64,000 bases of DNA from Paraspadella gotoi (GCA_051294375.1 CM119268.1:12342493-12406492); one strand, 5' to 3'; numbered from the stretch's first letter, positions 1 to 12,386 are shown. Notes: generated by a model not told the origin, from the letters alone. Made by a program: numbers and translations.

Positions 1-314
1 CTTTTCCTCCTTTTCCTTTTCGCTTTCTTCTTACTCTTCTACTCTGCTGTTCTTATATTTTTTTACATCATTTTCCTATTTTTCCTTTTCCCTTTTCCTT
101 TTCATCTGCTCTTCTCTCGACGCAGCTGCTTTTTTTCTTATTTTTTTTTCCGTTTTTCCTTTTTCCTCTCTCTCTGCTTCTCTCCGCTGTTGTTTTTTTC
201 TATTTCCTAGGTTCGCGCGGATCCGGGTGTCTCTCTTTCATAAATAAGGCTTTTTGATAATTTTATACTATTATTTGACTATGTCACTATTTTGATCATC
301 TTGTTAATTAATTA

Positions 315-455
315 AAATATTTTTATGTCGGTCCCGGGAGGATAAGTTTAATATTCACACGCAAAAAAAAAGTTTTTAAAATTCCTACAATGGTTTTTGA
401 TATAACATCAGACTGGAAAATTCTCAAGTTTCTCGTTAGACCTCTGACGCGCTAA
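315..455. mobile_element. Short interspersed repeat (possible MITE fragment), related to the insertion at ~38669-39049
   Basis: By eye it aligns to the reverse complement of ~38836-39005. Shared blocks are GTCC(C/T)G..GAGGAT, GCAAAAA..AGTTTT..AATTCCTACAA and TCTGACGCGCTA, and this copy has a ~30-bp internal deletion. Confidence 0.5.
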
Positions 456-825
456 GTGTTAATAAAAAGTACTGGGTTACTATGTTCACTGGCCAATTGT
501 TTCTAAACCCTGGTTTTTACTAATAATTAATTTTATGAATTACGTTCTCATTGATTGGCTGCTCCCTTTAATTATGGATTGGCAACTTAGTAGATACGAT
601 TTCATTCAAATGCGTTATTGCGGCGACAACAACAACAACGACAGGTGCAACCTTAGAATCCTGAAACATTTTGGGATCCAACCTACGACCACGGCGAGCC
701 AAACTGCCCTACAGCGAAGCTTCCAATATTGAAAAAAATTTGAATTCACTCGAGCCGTGAAAGGAAAAGTACTATAGCCATTGAAGGAGATAAAAATGGA
801 TAGAGGAAGAGAGGTAATCCTTTAC

Positions 826-894
826 GTCAATGGACGCGGGCCTTGAACCATCGCAGAGTTGATGAGGCAATCGAGGTCCTCCCTCATGCGCCAA
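826..894 (-). CDS. Candidate internal coding exon, unknown protein (LAHEGGPRLPHQLCDGSRPASID in phase 0, or WRMREDLDCLINSAMVQGPRPL in another frame)
   Basis: 69 nt with a strong pyrimidine tract and acceptor (ttctcctccctttcaaccttgtctcacag|) and donor GAC|gtaaag on the minus strand. The phase-0 frame joins in frame to the exon at 1278-1359. No homology recognised. Confidence 0.3.
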
Positions 895-1277
895 CTGTGA
901 GACAAGGTTGAAAGGGAGGAGAATGAGAAAAATAGTAAAGTTAATTATTAAACTAATCGGTTAAGTATGAGATAAAACTTCAGGGAGTTTGTTAATTGCA
1001 CGCTCTCAGGTTCCGTGCTCAAGGCGAAGCAGGAGGGATGACTGCACCACTTAGAAGTTCTGAAAATTCATTAATTATTTGAAATGTCGGGGTAAGATTT
1101 CTCTACCTACGGTCGATCGTTGCGGATTTATGGGGCGAATGACTCGCGAAAATGCCGCTCTGGCTCTTTTTCTCTCTGTCTCCTCCAGCTTCTCTTAGTT
1201 TTTGCTTTTTACTCTCTTACAAATATTTTATTTATCAAGAAAACGAGCGAAGCCGAGCGAATCAGGAGCGAACTTAC

Positions 1278-1358
1278 TCCGCCGCGGAGGTAAGTCCGCA
1301 GCTGAGTCGCTGCTGGACCAATCAGCGTCGAGAAAGTGGAGAGAAAGTCAACCATATG

Positions 1359-1359
<1 letters not shown>
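1278..1359 (-). CDS. Candidate internal coding exon (HMVDFLSTFSTLIGPAATQLRTYLRGG)
   Basis: (CT)n tract then gag| acceptor, and consensus donor GGA|gtaagt. Only one of the three frames is open. Confidence 0.3.

Positions 1360-1362
<3 letters not shown>

Positions 1363-1445
<83 letters not shown>
1363..1445. repeat. (AG)n microsatellite
   Basis: Pure AG dinucleotide run, directly visible. Many similar AG/CT tracts occur throughout the window. Confidence 0.98.
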
Positions 1446-1448
<3 letters not shown>

Positions 1449-1713
1449 TCTCCCTCATCAGCGCAGTCGACCCCCCCGGGTTATGATAAGGGCGCTCGTA
1501 AAAAAGTGATGAATTGAGAAAAAGCATAAAAACTTTATCCACCGCAACCGGAAATGGCGATCGAGGGGGGGGAGAGGGGGAAGGGAGTGGCGGGAAACGG
1601 AGCGGACGAGGGCGTCGAGAGAAGGAAGAGGAAGAGCAGGAGGAGAATGAGAGAAAGGAGATGACGCCAGCAAATCTGGGCGACAAAGAAGGCGACTATC
1701 TTGATGACGCCAC

Positions 1714-1746
<33 letters not shown>
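1714..1746. repeat. (GAC)n trinucleotide microsatellite
   Basis: Direct reading. Confidence 0.95.
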
Positions 1747-1929
1747 TGCCTTTCGGAACTACGACGTCAGAAACCGTAAATGTTATGTCGCAGTTTGTAT
1801 TGGTTCATCGCCTTCGAAAAGGACGAGGCTTTCGCATTAGTTCCGACTTTTTCTCTTCCAGCGATGGATTCTCGTTGTCGCGAGGAGCGACATTAATGAG
1901 GGAGTTTTTTTTGGTCGGTCGGTCGAGCT

Positions 1930-2020
1930 TATTATATTATATTATTATTATTATATTATTATTATATTTATTATTTATTATTATTATTTATTATTATTAT
2001 ATTATTATATTATATTATAT
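1930..2020. repeat. Degenerate (ATT/TA)n low-complexity tract
   Basis: Direct reading. Repeated at ~18275-18365 and inverted at ~46890-46985. Confidence 0.9.
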
Positions 2021-2400
2021 CCCTGCAAGCTTTCAATCAAGACTCTCTCGCAGTCTTGTTTATTCACTTCCCTATCGATGAAGTGGTATAAGGTTTCAAA
2101 AAATGTTTCAATTGTATGAAAATACCACTCCCTTAAGTATTAGTGTTATTGATTATTTTTTTTGTTACCAATATGACAATTAATATTGTAATTTATATTT
2201 TCAGTAAAAATGTTTCATTTAAAGCATATAATGATGATTCTGTCCTTAAAAGTTTCCTCACTCAAGTGATTAGAAAAGGGAACTTTTTCTTTCCCACCTC
2301 TTTTACAAAAAAAAAAAAGTAAGACCATAGCGCAGAAAAAAATTAGCGTTAGTTGATGAGCGCAATTGTTGCCATCGTCAGTATAGGAGTTGTTATGGTG

Positions 2401-2457
2401 CCGACGACGCCGCGCACGCCGCCGACGACGCCGCGCACGCCGCCGACGACGCCGCCG
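2401..2457. repeat. 21-bp GC-rich tandem repeat CCGACGACGCCGCGCACGCCG, about 2.7 copies
   Basis: Direct reading. The unit length is a multiple of 3 (PTTPRTP on +, GVVGGVR on -). Confidence 0.85.
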
Positions 2458-2538
2458 AGTTCGAAGCCAGCGCGGACGCCGCCATTAGCTGGTGCGGAAG
2501 TCATTCTTTGTCGTCGACGAAGAACCCTCTCGCTTCAC

Positions 2539-2645
<107 letters not shown>

Positions 2646-2985
2646 TCTCTTAAGCATTTTTCCTTTTGTTGTTGTTCGTAATTTTCGTTTTTGATAAATG
2701 TGGTTTTCATGGGAGAGGGGAGCCACCGGTGGGAATGGCGAGAAAAGAAGAGGAGGAGGAGGAGGAGGAGGCAGCTTTGGGTTTTCTTGTAAACCGAGGA
2801 AGTGTGGGAAGAATAGAAAATTCGGCGAATCAATTGGGAAGTTTAAAAATAGATAATTTATTTTTAAATCCTTAACATTTTCTTATATTAGGCAAAAAAG
2901 TTCAGTGATGAGTATGAGTAAGTTAGTGAAAAGAAAATGGCGAGTTTATTCCCTTTATTCTCAGTCTCATTGTCCCCGGTCTCTT

Positions 2986-3038
<53 letters not shown>

Positions 3039-4710
3039 CTTTAACGCTCCGGCTTTCTCAATTGTTCCTTTGGTCTCTCTCCTTCCAGACTTGAGACTCG
3101 TGCGTTCTAAAGATTGATGTAAAACTGTTGAATGACACCAGTTAAGATCCTGTGGGCCACATTTACTTTTTCTTCGATTTTTTTTTTATCGCTCACTCAG
3201 TCGCTTCACTTCTCTTTTTCTTTTTCTTTTTCGCCAAGATCTGACTTTGTCCCACGATACCAACTCAATTTCTTTTGTTTTTTTTCCTTTCTTTTTTATT
3301 TAATGTTTTTTTTTATTACCCACTTTTATTGTTTCTTTGTTTTTTTTTTTCTTATTCGTCTTTTTCTTTTAACTTTCCCTTTTTTACCCCTATTCTTATT
3401 TATTCATTCTTTTTTCTTCTTTTCTCCTCTTCTTTTCTTTTCTTTTTTTTTCTCTTTCTTCTTTTTTGACCTTGCGTTTACTCATTCTACTCAGTCCTCA
3501 AAGCACATCTTGAGAAAAAGAAAAAAAAAAAAGAAATCACCAAGCAGTCAAGATTACGCCATTTTTTATCTCATTTTACGCGCCTACAGTTGAGGGAATT
3601 CCTTTGAGCAAATTAATTTCCAGTTGAACATGCGACGTCCATGCTTTGAAATCATTTATCGCATTTCCGCGCGCCTTTTACTTCCGCTACACGATTAATT
3701 ATAATTTCCTTCCTTTTTCTCTCTCTCGAGTTTTTCTCCGCGTTTTAATTTCGCGCTAATGCCGCTGATGTATTTCTACTTTGCTTCGCTTGTTTTTATC
3801 TTGGCGTCGCTTGCTAATGATTCATTAGTTCACTTTTTTTTTCGTCGTTCCAAAGCACGCTATTTTATATCTAGTTTGATAAAACTTTGTTGGAATCGAT
3901 TTTAATGGATTTAGCGCATCTGTTTTCCCTTTAAGGTTTTCTCTGTTAGCACGAAATGATATCGAAATGATTGGCTAATAAAAAAAAATGTTTACCTGTC
4001 ACGCAAAAAAAAAACCAAAAAAAAAACTGCTTAGTTGGACTTAGTATTTACTTGTCTAAAACGAGGAGTCTATTTGTATTGATCTTTTTTTTTCTCTCTC
4101 TCTCTTTCTCTCAAAATGACCTTTGCTCCGGTCGCAGCTGACGCAAACGCCGCCAAGGGTCGAAGAGAGAGATCCCCGGCGGCGTCGTTTGGCGCGGCGT
4201 CACTTGTGGCGGCGCCTTTGCTTAACTTTCCGCGCTAAAAAGAAATTTAAAACGAACAAAACAAAGGCCGAGGAAACGAAACAGAATTAAAGAAAAAAAA
4301 ACTACTGAAAGTGAAAAAATAAAAAAAAAGAACAAACGACAAACGACAAACAAAAAGCAAAAGCAAAAGTCTGCGAGAAAGAAAGGAATCGTGGAAACTA
4401 AGCAAAACAGAAAGTCAAGAGGAGAAAAAAACAAAAAAGAAGAGAGCGAGATAGACAAAAGGAATAAAAAGAGAGAAAGACAGAAGGAATGAGAGCCCGG
4501 AGAGCGAAGAAGAGGAGGAGGAAGAGAATGAGGAGGAGGGGGAGATTAAATCTGAGGATGCTGATGAAGCAATAAAAATCCCGGGGTAGGAATCTTTTCA
4601 AGCAAAGTTGCTTCCAATGACTAGAATGACAAAAGAAACACTAATGAAAGGATGGGGTCCCGGAGACGTTAAGAAAAGAGACGGAGACATTGGAGAGAGA
4701 GAGAGAGAGA

Positions 4711-4757
<47 letters not shown>

Positions 4758-5037
4758 AAAGATTTAAAAAGATCTGAAAACAAAAAGAGAGAGAGAAGGA
4801 GACAGAGTGTAATGTTTTTTAAAGGAACATTCAGTCAGACTGTAGACTAAGATAATCTTAAATTATTACCCCGTGAGCCAAATCGACTGATACAAAAGAA
4901 AAAGTAATTATACGTAAATATATATTAAATATATATTATTTTTAACAAATATAAATACAAATACGCCGACAATTTGGCGATTTTACCATCTTTGTGAAAA
5001 AATATATTTGAAGTTGTTAATGATAAAGTAATAAAAT

Positions 5038-5255
5038 TTATACAGAAAATACGTCAAGAAGTGATTTATCATTTAAAAAAAATCTGAGTAAGTCTCTCTC
5101 AAGTAGTATAGCACTGGTTTCTTTCGCATCATCGGATTTGGCTGACGGGGTATTTAAACTATGTCGAGACTGTTGCCCGGGAGCTGGGGACTGGGTTTGA
5201 CGAGATGAATGAACTCGTCTTCGATGTATCGCTTTCAAAGCGACAGCTGATCCAT
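5038..5255 (-). CDS. Candidate terminal exon (..GSAVALKAIHRRRVHSSRQTQ..LLERDLLRFFLNDKSLLDVFSV*)
   Basis: attag| acceptor, phase 1, matching the donor at 7187, and an open frame to TAA. Strand is ambiguous because the + strand also reads protein-like (YVETVARELGTGFDEMNELVFDVSLSKRQLIHLM, with ATG|gtaag in copy C). Confidence 0.22.
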
Positions 5256-5529
5256 CTAATGGATAAAGAGCTTATATCGGTCACTTTTCGTTTTTATATA
5301 AAATAAAAATTTAAGGTCAAACAAATTGTACTAGCTTGAATGATAGGGAAAAATTAATATTTCCTTTATTATTGACATAAAAAAGACATTATCATTTTAT
5401 GGTATTTGCTCATAAAGTTTTTTAGGTTAGTTAATGAACTTACCAACTTTATCTAGTTATTGGTCCTTCTCTTTCTAGCTTACTCGTAATTTATTGTGCA
5501 CTTTTTCTAATCCCCCCTCTCTCTCTCTC

Positions 5530-5715
5530 NNNNNNNNNNNNNNNNNNNNNNNNNNNNNNNNNNNNNNNNNNNNNNNNNNNNNNNNNNNNNNNNNNNNNNN
5601 NNNNNNNNNNNNNNNNNNNNNNNNNNNNNNNNNNNNNNNNNNNNNNNNNNNNNNNNNNNNNNNNNNNNNNNNNNNNNNNNNNNNNNNNNNNNNNNNNNNN
5701 NNNNNNNNNNNNNNN
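5530..5715. other. Assembly gap (186 N)
   Basis: N run. The equivalent interval is sequenced in copy B (~21965-22075). Confidence 0.99.
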
Positions 5716-5951
5716 AAACTCGAGCCCTTCGATCTCCGTCTCCGCATTTTTTCCTCACTTACCCCATCAACTTTCCCCATCAAATTTTTTTTCCCGATCT
5801 GCCCAGCAGCCCCATCTACCCAGTATCTTCTTTTCTATGTCTCTGTTGTTTTCTCATATTTCTTTTGAGAAGTCTTTTCTCTTTTTTCCTACTCTTCATT
5901 CTCGTCATCCTAATCATTCTTTTCAACCCCATCACCATCCGTTGTCACACC

Positions 5952-5976
5952 NNNNNNNNNNNNNNNNNNNNNNNNN
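5952..5976. other. Assembly gap (25 N, placeholder length)
   Basis: N run. Copy B reads straight through (gttgtcacaccatcactat) with no missing bases. Confidence 0.99.
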
Positions 5977-6477
5977 ATCACTATTTTTAGCCACATCAAC
6001 CTTTCAGCAGCCACAAAAGACTCAATTGCTACTCTTTTTTCTTATCAACTTTCTCGCTCCCAATTCTGCTTTTTGAATACTACAGGGTTGCCATGTATCT
6101 AATGTCAAATATATTGTGTTTTTTTTTTAAATTCCCGACGCACGTACAGCTCATTTTCGTTTTGAAGTATGATTATATAATATATAATATTATTGGTTGT
6201 ACCAATTTCATATATCGTGGTTTTAATGAATTTGTATTGATGTTGAAGCAGTATTCGTAAAATATAATTTTACGAATTAAACATCAAATTTAATTTATTC
6301 GTATCTATTCTCGCCCAAACCCCAATCACTAAAATAGCACCACGACCCTCTGGATTTCAACTCCCCCTTCTGAGGGAAAAACTCCTTCCTCCAACTGGGA
6401 AGTCGCAATCGCCGCAGCTGAGCTCGCCATTTTTTCCCTTCAATCAGTTTTCTTAGTTTCAAACATTTGTCTCTCTC

Positions 6478-6565
<88 letters not shown>

Positions 6566-7148
6566 TCTCTTTTCTCTTACTTATCATCACTCACTTCTCA
6601 ATCCCTCATTACTCATTTAGCTTCTACTCATTTTTTTTCGTCACCATGGTCCCATTTAAAATCCTCCCTCTCTCTCTCTCTCTCTCCTTCTCTTTCTCTC
6701 AAACCGATTCACTCTCTCTCCATCAGACGGATGTCTTTTTTGAGAAATCTTTTCTTAATGTTGTTTCGAAAATATGTTTTGTTCTCTTTCCGATTCGACG
6801 ATAGAATCTCAAAAACAACGAATAGCGACGAGGAATCCGTAATCGGTGCTCAAAGTCGTTTCAAAGAATTTATCGTCGTCGTCGTCGTCGTCTCGTCATT
6901 GTACTACTGCTCCACCACATCTCACTTACCTTTTTTTGTTTTTTATTAATTATTTTCCTTGTCCTTTATCAATAATACTAACGGCCTCGGGATTTAAAAA
7001 AAGAAATACTATGAATTTTCGCCTATTTTTTTTAAGCTTAGAAAGAAAACCTTAAACTTAAAGCTACAAGGGAGAAAAAATATTAATCACGAGAATTCCG
7101 TGGGAAACCTTGAGTCGAGCATCTAACATTCCGCGGTTAAACCTCTCT

Positions 7149-7180
<32 letters not shown>

Positions 7181-7186
7181 CTTTAC

Positions 7187-7315
7187 CAACGAGACCCGAG
7201 GGAGATGCCAATGGCGAATCCAACGACGTCGCCAGTTGGTTTGAAATCTTCATGAACTTCGCTGCCCTCGCTCGAGCGGCAGCTGACTGAACATCCCTCA
7301 GGGGTCGTTTTGATG
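7187..7315 (-). CDS. Candidate internal exon (ends ..NQLATSLDSPLASPSGLV; frame affected by indels between copies)
   Basis: GC-rich island with ttgcag| acceptor and TTG|gtaaag donor followed by (AG)n. Present in copies B (~23534-23659) and C (~41393-41528). Confidence 0.3.
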
Positions 7316-7754
7316 CTGCAAGTTGCTACAAAAAGCCAGTGGTTATGCGGTTTTGCTTCGATTCGAGAATTTTTGCTCATCGAAAACTTTTCCATTATTT
7401 GCAATCACAGTGACATTTAAATTCATAAATTGTTGTCAGTTAATTGTAACAACTTTTCAGTCACCTCTTCGGACAAAAGAATTTTCTATTCGTACTCTGG
7501 TTAGTCGTTTAACAAAGTGTTGTTAAAAGTTAAAATATTTCAAAAAACAATTAATATAAGTAAAAGAAATTTACTTTCGATTTATCTAAAATTCTCAAGC
7601 TGTAGTAGTAGATATTCCAAATTTATTCTCATATACTTAAGTGAAACAACAAAAAGAAACGAACGTAAACAGCCAATGTTAAGAAACTATCAAGCTTTAA
7701 ATAGTACACAATATTTTGTTACAAATACTAAAGTACATTAAATGTCTTTTATAC

Positions 7755-7799
7755 CTGTTTTGTCTGTCTCTCATAAAGGGCGACCATGAAGGAAATCTT
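7755..7799 (-). CDS. Candidate 45-nt exon (KISFMVALYERQTKQ)
   Basis: Donor CAG|gtat (gtatga in copies B and C) and an open phase-0 frame. The acceptor context is purine-rich and weak. Confidence 0.18.
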
Positions 7800-7984
7800 C
7801 TATCTTTATCCCCCTCTCTCTCTCTTATCTTTCCTCTTCTCTCTCTCTCTCCCAAAACAAAAGAGAAATGAATCTCTTCCATCTTCGGCCTTTGATACCT
7901 GAAGCGGCGCGTCAAATCCCAGATTTATCAAATCTATTTATCGTCGACTCTTGGCAATTTTGCCTTCGTTTTCTCCTCCTCCTT

Positions 7985-8330
7985 ACTTTCTTGCCATCTT
8001 CTCTCGTTCGTCGGTTGCTGCTCAATATCCATTGCCATCTTCCCTAAAGACTCCTTTCTTGCCGAAAGACTCCTTTTCTTGCCATTTTTTTGTCCTCTTT
8101 CGCTGGCCTTAATATCCGAATTGCCATCTTCCAAAAAGGACTCCTTTCTTTTCCATTTTTCTTTATCGTCTTTGTTGCTGTGTCTCAATATTCGAAGGGC
8201 CATCTTCCTTTTGCTGGGCTTAATATATTCGGATTGCCATCTTCTTTTAAAGATCCTCTTTTTAAACATTTTCTCTCGTCGTCTTGGCTGTTTCAATATC
8301 CGAGTGGCTATCTTTCCTAAAGATCCTTTA
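7985..8330. repeat. Degenerate ~70-bp tandem array with core AATAT(C/T)CGAATTGCCATCTTCC..AAAGA(C/T)CC, about 5 cores
   Basis: Cores at about 8025, 8111, 8187, 8222 and 8295. Conserved in copies B (~24330-24655) and C (~40350-40710). Confidence 0.75.
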
Positions 8331-9149
8331 GGGTCTTAGCCCTTTTTACTACCTTAGGTACGCCTCGTATTATTTTTTCATTATTTCTTTCGATTAAGAA
8401 TTTTTAAAAATTTCTCTCATGTCTTTCTTTCTTTCACTGCTTCCTGTCCGTGACGATCTTTCTTTGTCCACGTTCCTTATTCTTCGGTTTCCTCTCAATA
8501 CGACTAACTGCCTTCACCAAATTTCCGTCGAGGAATTTCGGAGGCAAAAACTGCCACCAAAAATCAATACATATTCGGTTTTAATTGCCTCGTAAAAGTT
8601 TTTAACGCTGGCAGAGAGAAAGAGAAAGAAGAAGGAGAAAGAAGAAGAAAAAAAAAGGAGACGAAAGAAAATAAAGAAAGAAAAAAAAAACAAATAGACG
8701 AAGAAAGAATATATTCGGCACCGACCTTTAAAACAAATTCCGCCTTTCGATATTTTTAGTTTTTGAGCTGGAGATAATTGAAATTGCTTCGTTCGAGAGA
8801 GAGGAGAGAAAGAGAGAGACGATGCCAGTTTATTGATAGGGAGTTTCCAAATTTAATTCGTCACAGTAATATTATATCTTTATACTAAAAAATAAAATAA
8901 AAACGACGCTTACCTACGCGATTTCCAAGACGTTTAATCAACCGCGGTGCAAGCGAACGCAATCGCTGATCTTATTAATCCCGATAATAACGCACAAGTA
9001 CAACGTGCCAAAAATGAGTTGCGCCTGAGAGCAAAACGTGTCCTTCCATTTGATTATGAGCCACTGCGAACGCTCCCGGCCTTCAAATTGAGAAATGCAC
9101 AAAGCATTAAATAATTTTCTCCGACCAAACATGAAACGAAAATGAGTAC

Positions 9150-9310
9150 GTTCACTCACCCGGTGCACGCAGAAAGAGTTCAGATGCGTCCACTCAACCC
9201 GCGCATGCGCGCGACGCGCAACTGGAAAAAAAACGCGTTTCCGTCGAAAATCGGCGATTACGCTGTCCGTCTGTTGACAGGCGTTATGATTACTGGCTGA
9301 CGTAAGAAAA
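9150..9310. promoter_or_regulatory. CpG-rich candidate bidirectional promoter with NRF1/EWG-type palindrome CGCGCATGCGCG (9200-9211)
   Basis: 12-bp perfect palindrome matching the GCGCATGCGC NRF-1 core. It is flanked by outward-facing 5' splice sites: gtgagt on - at 9154-9159 and gtaaga on + at 9302-9307. Retained in all three copies. Confidence 0.4.
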
Positions 9311-10519
9311 GACAAAATGATGGACTGTCGACGACGACGACGACGACAACGACCACGAGAGCAGAGACGAAGACCGAGGATGACGAAAAGGAAGAATTTA
9401 GAGGGAAAAAAGAGTGATGAGCAAAAAAAGAAAAAAACTGTCGCCAGACTAGAAAGAAGACAGTTTGTTAATGATAAAACTGATAAGAAGAATGGAATCT
9501 ACGGGAGAATAATGTGACGACTGAGACGAGATAGAGAGAAACTGAGACAGGAGAGAGATAGAGAAAAATTGTCTTTTCGATCCACAGTTTCCGGACTTTT
9601 GGGATGATTTTTTTTTTATAAAATATACGTTTCGAATTTTATTGTAGGACCCTTAATCTAACGTGTGCCGTTGTCTAAATTAGTTAAGTAGAGTAAGTGA
9701 GCCGTATTTCGAAAAAATACATTATTTATGACCTAAAACGTCCTCCATACCCTTTTTTTTTATTGCCATGAATCCAGAATTACGGGCTAAAAGTTTCTTC
9801 GTTGGGAAACTTAGTATTCGTCCGAAGCTGGATCGATTCTGGGAATTTCTTCTGCACTGAACATATATTTTCTCTTCGCACACCCATTTACGCAAACCTC
9901 GCCCTGACATTTCTTCCAATCAGTCTGCTCAGAGCCGCTCACATCGAAAACGGTCGGGCTATGCGAGGAAATTACTTTTTTTACGATTAGCGCATTAGCC
10001 TTCTTTTTGTTCCACTATTCTTAGTCATGCGTCGTGCTCTACAGTCACTTTTCTTTTCTGGGTAGAATTCAATAATTTTTTTTTTTTTTTTTACGAATCG
10101 TTCCATACAATAGAAATATTTCTCGGTTTGTCCAATTCTCATAGCCATTCTTTTAAACGTTTGCCTATCCAAACTAACCAAATCGACTTAGCATTAAACA
10201 ATCCTCGCTCAGTCATTTCCAATTCTTTCAGGGTATTTAAAAATCTCGCGCCCTTCTCAGGCGGGAATAGGAGGGCCCCAACGCGCGGCTCGCCTCCCAT
10301 CCCCGCTCCGAGTCCTCGGTTCCCAAGAGTTAAAACTCGCGGTTTCATTACTAATTCATGACTTGTGCTTTCTTATGTTGATTTGGTTCGTGAGCGGATT
10401 TTAAAGGAAAAACAAGCGAAAAGACGGGAAACGGTTTTTCGGGCTTCATTTATTTTTTCTGGGAATGTTTTTTTTTATTTTTACTCATCTTTGAATTTAT
10501 TTACCGTTTTTTGGGACTA

Positions 10520-10597
10520 ATTCTCACGAAAATGTTCATAATTTTGAAGGGTGGATGTTGTTCGAGAAGTTGCTCCGTAAAACGCCTGAGATATTAA
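10520..10597 (+). CDS. Candidate coding exon (MSHENVHNFEGWMLFEKLRKRLDI, read from copy B ~26822-26894)
   Basis: Ends at consensus donor AA|gtaagt, and the frame is open in copy B. Copy A has indels. Confidence 0.18.
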   Translation: MLTKMFIILKGGCCSRSCSVKRLRY

Positions 10598-12386
10598 GTA
10601 AGTTTCTATGATATAGTATAACTTGGTACCGTGAGCGTATGCATCGAATAGTCTATTAATTATTTGTAAAGTGTAAATAAAATTTGAAGGTTCAAATTAC
10701 GATACTTTGAAATAGCATTTTTTTCCCCCCCCCAAGTGTGTTTCTAGTATTTAGAGAGCAACGCTTGAAAAATATTAAAACGGCACGGCGCCTCAAGAGC
10801 TTACAAATATACAAACGCGGATGAAAAAAAATTTCTCCGTCGCGTTGAAACTTTAGTATAGAAAGAAGGTAGTGAGGAAAAGGATGGAGTTAGAAAAAAA
10901 AAGATAATACATCATCTAATTGCTTTTTTTATTGCTGCCGAATGGAAATAAGTCTTTTTGTTCGTTTCTCTGCGAGCAAGGACGCCATAAATTCCACCGT
11001 TCAACTTATACAATTGTAGGGGAGAATAATGTCTTTTCGTGCGCGCGAAAATAAGAAATATATGCTATAAAAAAGCGCAAGTTTTAAATGTTAGGTCTCC
11101 ATTAACTTTCTATTATTTATTAACGACTGTATTTTTGGTTTAAAAGTCTATTTTAACACGGAAGGAGGAATTATAACCGGACAATTCAATCTGGTTATTA
11201 AATCAATCACGTCCATCGTATGCAACTGGCGTAAGCCATTAAGCACAATCAAATTTATTTGTTTCTACACAACTGACAATTTTCCGTTGGTCATTAGACA
11301 TGGAATGAAGGGTAATTTACACAGAGCCGCCGCTATCAGGACAAAACGAGGCCCGTAACAAAGAAAAGCGGGCCGTTTCCTTTTTTTCCATTTTTTTTTT
11401 TTTATTAAATTTTATTCTTACCCTCTTTTTTTCTGACTTTCCAATCATTTCTCAATCGGCGCATAGGAACTTGCATGCCCCTTTCTATTGTCGCGATCGT
11501 TTCCCACAGATTCCCGATGCGTTCAAGACCCAAGGTCTTTCTCTTTTTATTTTTCCCTTTCGTTCTTTCGCTCCTTTAAAATCCCTCCTCGTTCTTTCTA
11601 AGACGATTGTGGTATTTTTTCAATCTTGTTTTTTTACGATTATATCCGCGTTATAATAGTCTTTTAATGAAGATTATCTTTTAACTTTTTTTTTTAATTG
11701 CGTTTATGCTAATTTGCCCTCGAGTCCACAGTCGTTTTTACATCTTCTTCTTCAGTTTCTACTAAATTTTTCCTTGAACGATCAATGACGTAAAAAAACT
11801 TGCTTCCCTCAACAAATTGGAAGGCAGTTACCATTTGTCTCAATCCGCGCATTTCTTCTCGCATCGTTGTACATCCTTCAGTCAAATTAGCGAAGCGTTA
11901 CTACCTTCGCATTTTTTCCCGCCATTAATACTTTTTACTTTTTTTTTTTTATTTCCTTCTTTCAATCCCCGTAGCGTTTTTCGAGACCGCAAGTGTTCCC
12001 CACTTTTTTTTTTTCTCTCTTCGCTGACTTTCAACATTGAAAAGTTGAACAACCGAGATGACAAATTGCTCAGGGAATTGAGCAAAAACGTCTAGCGAAG
12101 TAGAGAGAAAAGGAGGAAGGGGATAGGAAGGAAGGGATGGAGAACGGCGTAATCAGAGAGAGAGAGAAGAGACAGAGAGGAGAGAGGGAAAGAGGGATTG
12201 GCAGAAGAGCAGAGAGAAAGAGAGAATGGGCCCTGCAGAGAGATGGAGATGAGAGAGAGAGGAGAGAGAGAGAGAGAGAGAGGGAGAGACCATGAGTGGC
12301 TGGCGCATCGATCAACATTAATGGCGATCAAAATGTGCTGACGACTTCGCAAGAAAAAGAATGCTCTAATCTTTCCAATTTGAGAG

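Noticed and set aside
7899-7931. WD40-like LIIWDL micro-exon on the - strand
   Set aside because: It is too short, depends on an indel between copies, and joining it to the next exon candidate hits a stop.
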